Below are positions 1 to 10,700 of a DNA stretch of 64,000 nt, piece after piece. The notes beneath the pieces were generated by a model. The model did not search any database. It saw nothing but the letters and a program-made list of their open reading frames with translations, and was not told the DNA's origin. Position 1 is the stretch's first letter. Each line of letters opens with the position of its first letter. This DNA is from Marsupella aquatica. Taxonomy: Eukaryota; Plantae; Marchantiophyta. Where the stretch lies: NCBI GenBank assembly GCA_973895155.1, contig OZ316894.1:14872699-14936698 (forward strand). The letters run 5' to 3'. The translations under genes and the position numbers were made by a program.

Positions 1-198
1 AAAGGAGAATAGGTTTGGAAAATCTTTCAGGGCTCTCTAGGTCCATAGTTTCTTTGAGGACATAGTTGTCCTCTTCTGAGCAATCTCTTTTGGTTGCTCT
101 TTTCTTTGATTGCATTGTACTTTACTTTTTGTGGCAGCTCCTTTGACTTTCATGGTCCCGGAGCTTATAATACATTACCATTACCATTACCATTACCA
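1..198 (+). mobile_element. LINE family A, copy 0: 3' end (ORF2 C-terminus, stop TAG 63-65, 3' UTR, (TTACCA)4 tail 175-198); continues left of window
   Basis: Reverse complement of 8745-8960 and 41634-41850. Has one copy of the 18-bp GGGCTCTCTAGGTCCATA unit where copies 2 and 3 have two. Confidence 0.93.
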
Positions 199-361
199 GT
201 ATAGACTAAGCTCACACCACCTTGAAGTAGAACAAGGGAGATGGAAGGATATTGACAGGAAAAAGAGGGTTTGTCAACTATGTGATAGCTCTAGTATAGA
301 GAATGAATATCATGTATTCATTGCTTGCAAGTTTTATGAGGGGGTTAGGATGGCATCTCAA
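197..361 (+). mobile_element. LINE-A internal fragment (ORF2 zinc-finger region) downstream of the copy 0 tail
   Basis: Encodes QYRLSSHHLEVEQGRW...CQLC...HVFIAC. Joined to the tail by CA microhomology. Inverted repeat of 425-589. Confidence 0.9.
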
Positions 362-364
362 GTT

Positions 365-3300
365 TTATCTTCCAAGTTGCTGAGGGGGCAGACCAAACAA
401 TGCATACAAATCTTTCACCAAGATTTGAGATACCATCCTAACCCCCTCATAAAACTTGCAAGCAATGAATACATGATATTCATTCTCTATACTAGAGCTA
501 TCACATAGTTGACAAACCCTCTTTTTCCTGTCAATATCCTTCCATCTCCCTTGTTCTACTTCAAGGTGGTGTGAGCTTAGTCTATACTGAGCAATAAGTT
601 GTCTAAGTTGTACTGAGATAGTGCTAGATAAGTATTCTTGTTCTCGATATTTCTTCATGGGGTTCACATCTCTCATGTAGTATTGCTGCCGTGGGCTAGG
701 TGCATGCCAAAGTTTGTGCAAAGCCTTTTGCTCAAGTTTTGCTCTTAGCTTGGTTGGGTGTGTTGGCCATTCATGTTCAGGAAAATCCCAAGCATGGGCC
801 CACCTGCACACATCTGCATACCACCCTTTAGCTGAAGATGAGCGCAAGGCATGAAAAGGAAATCTGTTTTCCTCCCAACTCTCTTACACGCATGATGTAT
901 TTGAGTGTGTGGAAGAGTGCCTCCACCTCCAAAGGAAACAAGCCTGCCTCTGCAAGTGTAAGTGCATATGGGGTTTGTGACTTGATCCCAAGCTCCATCT
1001 CAAGAAATAGCTTTTGCAGCCCCTCAATCTGTTGCCACCCAGATTTAGACACACCTGCTCCCCAAATTGGTGCTCCATAAAGAATGACTGGTTTCACCAA
1101 AGCTCCAAAGAGATGTTTCCTTAACCTCCAAGTGTGTAGACCAGCTCTTTTGCATTTGTTCATGAATGCATAAAAAGCTCTGTACCCATTGGCAGCCCTA
1201 GATTTTACACATGAGGCCCAACTCAAGTTTTGAGAGAACTCCACCCCAAGGTATTTGTAGGTCCTCACAAATTCCACCAGATTCCCTTGGAAGTAGAGCT
1301 CTGGATTTTGTCGTGTGCCAATGCCCAAACACTTGGTCTTCTTGAGGTTGACTACCATCCCTGTTGCTTGACAAAACTCCTCCAAGGCATTGAGATGTCT
1401 TTGCAAAGCTTCTTGAGCATGAGCAAGTAGGACCACATCATCTGCAAATATAAGAAGTTGGAGGACAAACCTACCCAATTGAGTGCCCACTCCACCATGC
1501 TCCTCCAAAATGTTGTGTAGCTGATCAATGAAGATGCCAAAGAGAGTTGGTGAGAGAGGACAACCTTGGATCACCCCAAGAGTGCTCCAGATTTCTTCAG
1601 AGGTTTCCTTTGAAAGTTTGATGCGCACTTCTTGGTACAATTTAGAAACAGCCAACCTGAGCTCTTCAGGCACTTCCAACTCCACCATCCTATCCCAAAG
1701 CTTGGATCGGGAAACTTTGTCAAAGGCCTTGGAGAAGTCCACAAACAAGCAAAATAATGGTTTATGTGGAGATTTGGCCTTTTCACACAACACCCTCAAG
1801 CAGAGAATGTGATCCATAGTGCTGAATTCTCTCCTAAAACCTGCTTGTGAAGGTGCCCTTTTCATCTCACTCTCCAAACCAAGAGCTTAATCTGGCTTCA
1901 AGTAGTCCTCCCAAAACTTTAGCAAAAGTATTGCCTACCATGATGGTTCTGTAGTTGTGCACATCGTCCTTGTTGCCTGCCTTGAAGATAGGCACCACTC
2001 TTCTGGTCATCCAAGCTTTAGGTAAACCTAAAGCCATTGCTTGATTCAGCTCATGCACCAAGTTTGTTAGTAAAGAGGGTCCTCCCCACAAAAGAAGCTC
2101 CAAGTTCAGGCCCAACAGATCTTTAGCTTTCCCATGTTGCATGTGGGAAAGATGCACCTTCACCTCCCTCTCTGTAAACTGAATGGTGTCCCCAAGGGGC
2201 AAAGGCATGCCACTAGCATCTGGAAAGAAATACAAGGATGTGACATAGGTTACCAGGTCCTGGTGATCCAAGGGGGGAGTAGTCTTGCCTGATTGCATTC
2301 TCTCCCAAAAACGTTTTGGATGTTTGATGAACTCCTCACATAGTGATTGTTGATGACTCTTCAAGAAGCACCTCTTCTTGTGTTTGATGAAGTTCTTGTA
2401 CATAGTGAATGCCAAAAGTCTCTTTTCCCCTGAATGTGATCTTGCTTGCATCCTTGCTCTAGCACAATCCTCGTCAAACCAAGCCTTCATGTTTTGCTTT
2501 CTAGGGGGTTTGGTGGAGAAAGTAGAGGCTGCTGCTTGTGCTATGACTTCTGAGAGCTCAATCTGATCATCCAGGGTATGGAGAAGATGTTCAAAGTTGG
2601 CTTTGAAGATGACTTCTCTATCAGGGTCTACAAACAGAGGTTTGGGTACTGGCTTTCTATGCACTTTGTTTGGGATTGTGGTCAGGTCAAGATGGAACAA
2701 CAAAGGCAAGTGTGAAGACTCTGGTTGTTGATCAAGTATTTGAAAGTCAACCACTCTAGTGGCAGAGGTAGGTGAGGCAAGAAGGTAATCAATGGTACTA
2801 CATCCTTGTTTAGATCTAAAAGTGTAACCAGATGATTGGGGAAATCTCTCAAGCCCATTCAATATTCTTAGATTACAAGAAGCTCCCAAATGCAAAAAGT
2901 GACGTGTCATGTCATTTGTTCTGGTGTCATGAGCCTCTCTCACCCAAGGTATCTCTTCACTACATGATGACCAAGGTAAAGTTCCTAAGTCCTCACTTTC
3001 AGTAAATTGTTCATTAGATACCCTGGCATTAAAGTCCCCCACTATCCATGTCTCCCCTAGTGGTGATATATCATGAATGACTTGGATTAACCTATGAAAT
3101 GGATAATGTGCATCAGCAATTCCCATCTTATAGACATTCATATTAAGGGGAGCAAAGTAGGTGACAATCAAAAATGATGGAGTACCTTTGGTATGAAGTC
3201 TCACCACCATGAACTGCTTGCTGGGATCTTCATGTTCAATAGAGGTGATGTGTTGAAGTTGATTCTTGGTGTAGACAGCAATGCCTCCAAACCCTCTTCC

Positions 3301-3486
3301 CCGTGTGGTCTTCTTCTCATTGAAGATGGATTGTATGCAAGTAAAGCCTTTAATGCTAGGTAGAGCATTTCCCTCATATTCCCAAGTCTCCGTGAAAAGC
3401 AAGATGTCAAAATTCTCAAACAAAGGTTCCCCTCCAATTGCTGTTTCTATGGAAAGTCCTGAAACATTCCATGCCATGACTCTCAA
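365..3486 (-). pseudogene. LINE-A ORF2 (APE endonuclease + reverse transcriptase + C-terminal CCHC finger), two +1 frameshifts (~1876, ~873)
   Basis: Motifs AWNVSGL, LFTETW, VGDFNA, IDY, SHLPL (APE); QAGFR, FVDFSKAFD, QGCPLSP, FADD, YKYLG (RT); CX2CX9HX4C. Split into ORFs 1867-3486, 828-1877 and 365-847. Confidence 0.95.
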
Positions 3487-3498
3487 GGTCCCAATCCA

Positions 3499-4272
3499 TC
3501 ATTTAGAAACAACTCTCTTCTTATTGGTAACAACAGCTTGTCCATTGCGCAAGTAGGCTACCAATCCTTGGTCTTTGGCTACCCTCACCTTCTCAAGCTC
3601 AATTTTCCTTGCTTGGACTTGTGTGGGAGTCAGATCATCATCCAACCAAATCCTTAGCCCTTTAAGCATGCTCTTGTTAGCCATCACTCTAGCTTTCTCG
3701 GATTCAGCTGCAAACTTCACCAAGATTGGACGCGGAAGGTCCCCCTTCTTTTTCCCAATCCTACATGCTTGCAAAATGATAGGGTCATGCACTTTCATCT
3801 GAGATTGGAAGAATGAAATTGTTACCTTCTTGGTGTCTTCCTTCTCCTCCTCAACAAGGCCTGATATTTTGCAGTTGCTGACTCTTGCATGCTGGTTCTT
3901 GTGTTCTTCTTCTAGTGCTCTCCTCTCCTCCTCCTTGGCTTGGACAAATTCCATATGTGATTGTTTTGCAGCCTGTGCAAAGGTTTTGAGCTTCTCCTCA
4001 ATCTCCCCTACAGCCTCATGTATCACTGATTTCTCTGGGCACATACTCTTCTCCATGTCTCCAAAACACGATGCAAGCAATGAGAGTTGCTTACCATTCT
4101 CCTGAGTTTGAGATCGAAGATCACTAATCAACCTCTTTTGCTTGACATTCTCATTCTTTAGCTCCGTCACCTCCTTGCTGAGCGTGGTAATCTCAATTGC
4201 GGAGTTTTCAGCCACAACTAAGATTTTCTCAAGCAAAGCCTTGAGATGGGCAATCTCCTCCGTTGCCATCAC
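3499..4272 (-). CDS. LINE-A ORF1, 257 aa (coiled coil + L1-type RRM/CTD-like nucleic-acid chaperone)
   Basis: Heptad-rich N-half, then RIG..PRPILVKF and IWLDDDLT motifs typical of LINE ORF1. Lies directly upstream of ORF2. Confidence 0.9.
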   Translation of the reverse strand: MMATEEIAHLKALLEKILVVAENSAIEITTLSKEVTELKNENVKQKRLISDLRSQTQENGKQLSLLASCFGDMEKSMCPEKSVIHEAVGEIEEKLKTFAQAAKQSHMEFVQAKEEERRALEEEHKNQHARVSNCKISGLVEEEKEDTKKVTISFFQSQMKVHDPIILQACRIGKKKGDLPRPILVKFAAESEKARVMANKSMLKGLRIWLDDDLTPTQVQARKIELEKVRVAKDQGLVAYLRNGQAVVTNKKRVVSK

Positions 4273-4334
4273 AAAGCTGAAACTGTTGTTAGAATGTACT
4301 CTTAGACGACAAATAGAAATTGGGAGTAGTAGAG

Positions 4335-5372
4335 GATGTCAGTTGCAGCTCTACCTTTGCCAGTGATACACTCTCGCTGTTTGCAACACTCTGCCAAAAT
4401 CTGAGCTCAAACCGCAGCCGATTGCCCTTCCAACTCAAAGTGAAATTTCGCCCCAAGCTCAGAATCCCGAAACTGGACACGTAACAGATCGTGCATGCTA
4501 AAGTGTATACCAAACAATGTCGGTTGCAGCTCTAACTTTGCCAGTGATACATTCTTGCTGTTTCCAATGCTCTGGCAAAATCTGAGCTCAAATCGCAGCC
4601 GATTGCCCTTCCAACTCGAAGTGAAATTTCACCCCGAGCTCAGAATCGCGAAACTAGAGACGTAGCAGATTGCGCATGCTAAAGTGTATACCAAACGATG
4701 TCGGTTGCAGCTCTAACTTTGCCAGTGATACATTCTCGCTGTTTCCAATGCTCTGGCAAAGTCTGAACTTAAACCGCAGCCGATTGCCCTTCCAACTCGA
4801 AGTGAAATTTTGCCCCAAGCTCAGAATTGCGAAACTGGAGACGTAACAGATCGTGCATGCTAAAGTGCATATCAAACAATGTCAGTTGCAGCTCTAACTT
4901 TGCCAGTGATACATTCTTGTTGTTTCCAATGCTCTGGCAAAATCTGAGCTCAAATCGCAGCCGATTGCCCTTCCAACTCGAAGTGAAATTTCACCCCGAG
5001 CTCAGAATCGCGAAACTAGAGACGTAGCAGATTGCGCATGCTAAAGTGTATACCAAACGATGTCGGTTGCAGCTCTAACTTTGCCAGTGATACATTCTCG
5101 CTGTTTCCAATGCTCTGGCAAAGTCTGAGCTTAAACCGCAGCCGATTGCCCTTCCAACTCGAAGTGAAATTTCGCCCCAAGCTCAGAATCGCGAAACTGG
5201 AGACGTAGCAGATCGCGCATGCTAAAGTGCATACCAAACGATGTCGGTTGCAGCTCTAACTTTGCCAGTGATACATTCTCGCTGTTTCCAATGCTCTGGC
5301 AAAGTCTGAGCTTAAACCGCAGCCGATTGCCCTTCCAACTCGAAGTGAAATTTCGCCCCAAGCTCAGAATCG
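4335..5372 (-). repeat. 181-bp tandem monomer array (~5.7 units) forming the LINE-A 5' UTR
   Basis: GTTGCAGCTC recurs at 4342, 4523, 4704, 4885, 5066 and 5247. Confidence 0.97.
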
Positions 5373-7657
5373 TGTTTGGACAAAGGGGAGTGCGAGCCAC
5401 GGGGGAGTGCGAGCCACGGGGGCCTCCCCCAAGGATGACTTGTGAGCAAAAATTAGCCTTTGCTGCTGATGTGGAAGAGTACTTGAAGGGCCAAACAAGG
5501 AAGCAAGAACTGTCCTTCGAAGCTTCATGGGGTGAAGAGGACACAAGGTCTTGCAAAACTGCCATACTGGTCGGTGAGTAAAATCACACTGGCATTCACC
5601 TTTTTCACTTTAAGATATTGCATAGTACCAGCATTGTACACACATGTCAATTTGCAGTTGGACTGATCTGCTTTTTGTTGTTTGGATGCAGAAACTTTTG
5701 ATCAACCATGTGCTGGATCCCATGCACACAGAGAAGAACATTGCTCAGAATTTGATTCACACTACTTCTGGGAAGAAGGATACCACTGCTGTGCGGAATG
5801 ATATGGAGGCTGAAGGCATTCACGAGCAGCTGTGGATGAAGCCTCATCCAAACAATAAGAAGGACCATTTTGTGAAGCCCAAGGCGCCCTATGTGATGAG
5901 CAAACCAGAGCTGGAGGAGTTCCTGGGCACTTTGAAGAACTTGAAGGTTCCCACAGATTTTGGTAGCTCATTGGCAAAGTGTGTGAGAGCCAGCAATAAG
6001 TTGGCTGGCCTCAAGTCTCATGACTACCATTGCCTCATGCAGCAGATACTTCCCTTGGCATTGAAGGACTTGATGGCAACAGGACCTCGAATGGCTATCA
6101 TTAGTGTGTGTCGTGTGTGGCGTAAAATTTGCTGTAAGGTCTGGGACCCTAGCACTAAGGATGAACTGATGACAGATGTGGCACATACTTTGTGTGCTCT
6201 GGAAATGCATTTTCCAGCTTCGTTTTTTGATGTCATGACACATTTGATGGCGCATATAGTGGAAGAGCTAGATATATGTGGACCTGTGTCACAATGGTGG
6301 ATGTATCCAATTGAGAGATACTTGAAAAAACTAAAGGGTTTTGTAAGAAACAGGGCACGACCAGAGGCATCTATGGCTGAGGGTTATATCCTAGAGGAGG
6401 CATTAGGATTTCTCACAGAGTATATGGTTCAGTGCGAAGTAACTCGGCAGCGGGTCTGGGACTTTGAAGAAGAGGCAGGGGTTAAAGGTGTGGTCCTGGA
6501 AGGGGCCTCAAGTAAACTGTCTCTAAGTGTTGCTGATCGAGATGCTGCCCACACCTATTACCTACAGAACCATGTACAGGTTGCACCATGGCTCAGGTAC
6601 ATGAAATAACTACATCATTTTGTTGCTGGCTGTCTGAGTGTTCAATAATGTAGTTCTAAATACATTGTCACAACATGACAGTCTTTCTTTTGTGGTATCT
6701 GATATTGTTCTTTGCTTGCTTGGAAGGTTGTATGAGTCAGAAGAGGAGGAGCGAAGGATAGAAAGAGAAGTTGTTCTAAGATAGCATAATGCAGAACGAC
6801 GACGAGGCAGACGTCAAGCAATGGCCTGTCCTGTTGAATTTGCTTCCATTCCTTTTGGAGTATGGTTCAGGGATACAATACACAAGGCTAACCTGGATGA
6901 AAATGAGGACAAGTTGCTGTTGACTGCAATTTCTTTTCCACCAAGCCAGAAGGCTTTGTCTTACATTTCAATGAAGGCTTTTGGGAACCATTATAGAGTG
7001 ATGCGCTGCAAAGATAGGAATGGCGAATGGCGTGAGATGTCCACTCTTAGGGACACTGATTGTCAAGGATATGCTACATTTGATTCCGGGGTGGCCACAA
7101 CTTTCCATGAGCAGATCAGGGAAGAAACCGGGGTGAATTTGGCCAAGCTTACATATGTGGGGGTTCTGACACAAATACTTGTGCTTGACTATGGACCTGT
7201 GTTACATTCTGAACCATCCATAATCTTGAAGGCAAAGTGGGTGCGGTCTAAGTGGGGAGAGGACAGGTCTAATCCATCAATGAAACATGATGAGACTGGC
7301 CTATGGCTTGCCAATTTTAATATGCCTTATCCCTCAGCTGAGAAATTAGATTATGTCTTGCCCAGTCAGATTGAGCAGGTTTTCTTTTACCCAAACACAG
7401 CCAGGGCCTCTTGGAGACATGTCCTCCATAAGGAAGGGAGGTCTCGACGAGTTGTTGAGGGTACAAATGACCTTGAGTTTAATGATCTTGTGGATCGTCA
7501 TGAGGCTGTTGAGGCTGAGCTTGTTGCAGCAGCTAACAGACGAGTGCCCTTGGATGAAGGAGAAATTGTAGTTTTTCAGGAGATGGCAGTGTTGACAAGA
7601 AGTGATAGTGATGATGATGATGTCTGGGAAGATGAAGAAGATTCAGATGAAGAGTGA
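5373..7657 (+). pseudogene. CACTA TnpD-like transposase, C-terminal part; exons ~5373-5573, 5692-6596, 6727-7657
   Basis: PSKLHGVKR..LPYW | LLINHVLDPMHTEKN, GLKSHDYH, FFDVMTHL, WMYPIERY, ASMAEGY, PSQIEQVFF (Transposase_21/DUF4218/DUF4216-type motifs). GT-AG introns restore frame. Frameshifts in the first exon. Confidence 0.88.
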
Positions 7658-7730
7658 GAATGTGCCTCTTGGGGCAGGAAGTACTGATTGCTCTTTGGTG
7701 ATAGTGTTTTTTATGCAATTTTGAATTGAA

Positions 7731-10700
7731 ATGCATGATCGGTCTGGGGTGAAAGGTTCTAAGAATGCCTATGAGGCACAGAGGAATAAGAACATAGCAG
7801 CCAACCAAGCTATACTTGACCAGTTCGTAGGAACTGCTGCAAGAGATTTAAAGTATGTACTCTATCCCTATATAGTTTTGAATTTATGCCTTGACTTTAT
7901 TACTAATGGTTCACACTCATGACATTGCCAGGGTGATTGCAGTTTACAGGGTGAGGCAAGGGTCAAGCGTCTATCTAAGTTGTCAAAGAAGACTGAACAG
8001 AATCAGCCATCTATAGCAAAGCGTAGGAGTTCACGATTACTTGGCAGGCACCTGGAGAAAATCATGGAGAGTGACAACAGTGGGAGTGATGAGTCTGAAA
8101 AATCAGCTGAGACAAATTATGGGGCAGGTTTAAGTGATGGCTTTGAATCAGATGGTGTTCAAGAGCTACGTAAGGTAAGAGAAGACTCATTGTCATTTTC
8201 TACTTCACTTGAAGCTAATTGCATTAATTGTCCAATTTTTGTATATCTCAATCTGGTGCTACTGTTACTAATTACTTGAATGTGCACACTGTTATCCTCA
8301 GGCTCCCCGAAAGTCAGGGCTTAAATATTATGTGGATCCTAGGACAAAGGAAGTGAGTGTGTGTAAGTAATTTATTCATTACCTCACTTGCCATGAACTT
8401 GTTTTTGACTTGCCAAGTGAATCCTGAGTTCAGAGATTCTCACAGTTGCAGATTGATTGTCACAAATTACATTAATGTTTGACTTGCTAACAGAATCTCT
8501 TTGGTTGGTTGTGGTAGTGACACCCTTGCCTAGAGCATCTGCTCGTGATCTGGATGATGGAATTATCACAGAAAGATCAGAACAGACACACGTACGACAA
8601 TCATCTCGTGCTGCAAAGAAACAATGGGAAGAGAACACAAGCGAGCATCGCAAGTTGGGCATGAAGAAAGCTGCAATCACTGTATGTTGCTTGTGAAAAA
8701 TCATGCTTGTGATTTATTGTTTGTCCTCTGTTATTGGTCTCTTATGGTAATGGTAATGGTAATGTATTATAAGTTCCGGGACCATGAAAGTCAAAGGAGC
8801 TGCCACAAAAAGTAAAGTACAATGCAATCAAAGAAAAGAGCAACCAAAAGAGATTGCTCAGAAGAGGACAACTATGTCCTCAAAGAAACTATGGACCTAG
8901 AGAGCCCTATGGACCTAGAGAGCCCTGAAAGATTTTCCAAACCTATTCTCCTTTCCCTATCCACCGCAAAGATATATCTTCCAAGTTGTTGAGGGGGCAG
9001 ACCAAACAATGCATACAAATCTTTCACCAAGATTTGAGATGCCATCCTAACCCCCTCATAAAACTTGCAAGCAATGAATACATGATATTCATTCTCTATA
9101 CTAGAGCTATCACATAGTTGACAAACCCTCTTTTTCCTGTCAATATCCTTCCATCTCCCTTGTTCTACTTCAAGGTGGTGTGAGCTTAGTCTATACTGAG
9201 CAATAAGTTGTCTAAGTTGTACTGAGATAGTGCTAGATAAGTATTCTTGTTCTCGATATTTCTTCATGGGGTTCACATCTCTCATGTAGTATTGCTGCCG
9301 TGGGCTAGGTTCATGCCAAAGTTTGTGCAAAGCCTTTTGCTCAAGTTTTGCTCTTAGCTTGGTTGGGTGTGTTGGCCATTCATGTTCAGGAAAATCCCAA
9401 GCATGGGCCCACCTGCACACATCTGCATACCACCCTTTAGCTGAAGATGAGCGCAAGGCATGAAAAGGAAATCTGTTTTCCTCCAACTCTCTTACACGCA
9501 TGATGTATTTGAGTGTGTGGAAGAGTGCCTCCACCTCCAAAGGAAACAAGCCTGCCTCTGCAAGTGTAAGTGCATATGGGGTTTGTGACTTGATCCCAAG
9601 CTCCATCTCAAGAAATAGCTTTTGCAGCCCCTCAATCTGTTGCCACCCAGATTTAGACACACCTGCTCCCCAAATTGGTGCTCCATAAAGAATGACTGGT
9701 TTCACCAAAGCTCCAAAGAGATGTTTCCTTAACCTCCAAGTGTGTAGACCAGCTCTTTTGCATTTGTTCATGAATGCATAAAAAGCTCTGTACCCATTGG
9801 CAGCCCTAGATTTTACACATGAGGCCCAACTCAAGTTTTGAGAGAACTCCACCCCAAGGTATTTGTAGGTCCTCACAAATTCCACCAGATTCCCTTGGAA
9901 GTAGAGCTCTGGATTTTGTCGTGTGCCAATGCCCAAACACTTGGTCTTCTTGAGGTTGACTACCATCCCTGTTGCTTGACAAAACTCCTCCAAGGCATTG
10001 AGATGTCTTTGCAAAGCTTCTTGAGCATGAGCAAGTAGGACCACATCATCTGCAAATATAAGAAGTTGGAGGACAAACCTACCCAATTGAGTGCCCACTC
10101 CACCATGCTCCTCCAAAATGTTGTGTAGCTGATCAATGAAGATGCCAAAGAGAGTTGGTGAGAGAGGACAACCTTGGATCACCCCAAGAGTGCTCCAGAT
10201 TTCTTCAGAGGTTTCCTTTGAAAGTTTGATGCGCACTTCTTGGTACAATTTAGAAACAGCCAACCTGAGCTCTTCAGGCACTTCCAACTCCACCATCCTA
10301 TCCCAAAGCTTGGATCGGGAAACTTTGTCAAAGGCCTTGGAGAAGTCCACAAACAAGCAAAATAATGGTTTATGTGGAGATTTGGCCTTTTCACACAACA
10401 CCCTCAAGCAGAGAATGTGATCCATAGTGCTGAATTCTCTCCTAAAACCTGCTTGTGAAGGTGCCCTTTTCATCTCACTCTCCAAACCAAGAGCTTAATC
10501 TGGCTTCAAGTAGTCCTCCCAAAACTTTAGCAAAAGTATTGCCTACCATGATGGTTCTGTAGTTGTGCACATCGTCCTTGTTGCCTGCCTTGAAGATAGG
10601 CACCACTCTTCTGGTCATCCAAGCTTTAGGTAAACCTAAAGCCATTGCTTGATTCAGCTCATGCACCAAGTTTGTTAGTAAAGAGGGTCCTCCCCACAAA

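Larger units (their letters stand above)
366..5372 (-). mobile_element. LINE-A copy 1, 3'-truncated (no tail), with 5' monomer array
   Basis: ORF1 and APE-RT ORF2 nearly identical to copies 2 and 3. Left end fused to the plus-strand fragment. Right end at CTCAGAATCG abuts CACTA transposase sequence. Confidence 0.95.

Noticed and set aside
175-198. (TTACCA)n as a telomeric repeat
   Set aside because: Only 3-4 units, always attached to LINE 3' ends at internal sites.
110-508. 132-aa ORF with HYHYHY repeat (also 41495-41716)
   Set aside because: Read-through of the LINE 3' UTR and (TTACCA)n tail into neighbouring sequence.
838-4366. Antisense ORFs conserved across LINE copies
   Set aside because: Copies are too similar for conservation to mean anything, and no recognisable motifs.
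4335-5372. CRISPR-like or retron-like array beside a reverse transcriptase
   Set aside because: Units are contiguous 181-bp repeats without unique spacers, there are no cas genes, and the RT is a LINE ORF2 in a eukaryotic context.
4289-5581. Short ORFs repeated within the monomer arrays
   Set aside because: The unit length (181) is not a multiple of 3, and the ORFs change with monomer variants.
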